16,131 nt of DNA. Origin: Armatimonadia bacterium. Lineage in GTDB: Bacteria; Armatimonadota; Zipacnadia; Zipacnadales; UBA11051. The stretch covers positions 1 through 16,131 of the forward strand of contig JBDKRC010000103.1 in assembly GCA_039683575.1 (NCBI GenBank), read 5' to 3'. The position numbers and the translations under genes were made by a program. The notes under the pieces are model-generated. The model searched no databases, was not told where the DNA came from, and saw only the letters and a program-made list of their open reading frames with translations. Shown here one piece after another: positions 15,858-16,131 of this stretch (positions within the stretch are counted from its first letter, which is position 1; the number at the start of each line of letters is the position of its first letter).

Positions 15858-16131
15858 GCGACCTTTGATGCGATGGTCCAGGCCCGCTGGCTTGACCTCG
15901 AGTCGCGAAAGGGTAAGGCCCCGGGCGGCTACCAGGCCACGTTCGACGAGACGCGTCACCCGTTCATCTTCATGAACGCCGTCGGCCTGCACGGCGACGT
16001 CGAGACCCTGCTCCACGAGGGCGGCCACGCCTTCCACGCCGTGGCCTGCCGCGACGAGCCGCTGCTCAACTACCGGCACTGCGGCATGGAGATGGCCGAG
16101 GTCGCCTCGATGGGGATGGAACTGCTCTCGT
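15852..16131 (+). pseudogene. pepF: Internal fragment of M3 family oligoendopeptidase F (5' half missing; runs off the right edge)
   Basis: Manual translation: FGATFDAMVQARWLDLESRKGKAPGGYQATFDETRHPFIFMNAVGLHGDVETLLHEGGHAFH...GMEMAEVASMGMELLS. Contains the RxGKxxGGY motif, the HExxH zinc motif and the third-ligand AEVAS motif of M3B peptidases. Confidence 0.88.

Noticed and set aside
14181-16079. 632-aa ORF as one intact protein with a novel N-terminal domain
   Set aside because: Residues 1-74 are the codon-aligned antisense of an M3 oligoendopeptidase fragment.

Overview
GC-rich bacterial genomic window, probably Armatimonadota (inferred from two '[39 protein letters not shown]...YAQDYDE' prepilin/DUF1559 genes). 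The left part is a minus-strand arginine operon: argC, lipoprotein, GNAT, argJ, small membrane protein, argB (argB runs off the left edge). Next come a prepilin/H-X9-DG gene, an LptF/LptG permease, a Gfo/Idh/MocA oxidoreductase and a second, convergent prepilin gene. A + strand carbohydrate cluster follows (GHL10 hydrolase, PfkB kinase, lone sugar ABC permease), then a class-V PLP enzyme. At the right end a 5'-truncated DUF4832-type glycoside hydrolase is fused back-to-back with an internal fragment of an M3 oligoendopeptidase F gene through a 6-bp microhomology. Most notable: (1) two GTAG-type REP-like palindromes translated in frame as a ~30-aa insertion inside ArgJ, with relatives in intergenic DNA; (2) a candidate leaderless Arg/Glu-rich leader ORF containing an intrinsic terminator upstream of argC; (3) a Pho-box-like 11-bp repeat before the first prepilin gene; (4) an apparently circularly permuted GATase1-like domain inserted in the GHL10 barrel; (5) the chimeric junction near 15855. 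All calls come from reading motifs by eye; no searches were run.
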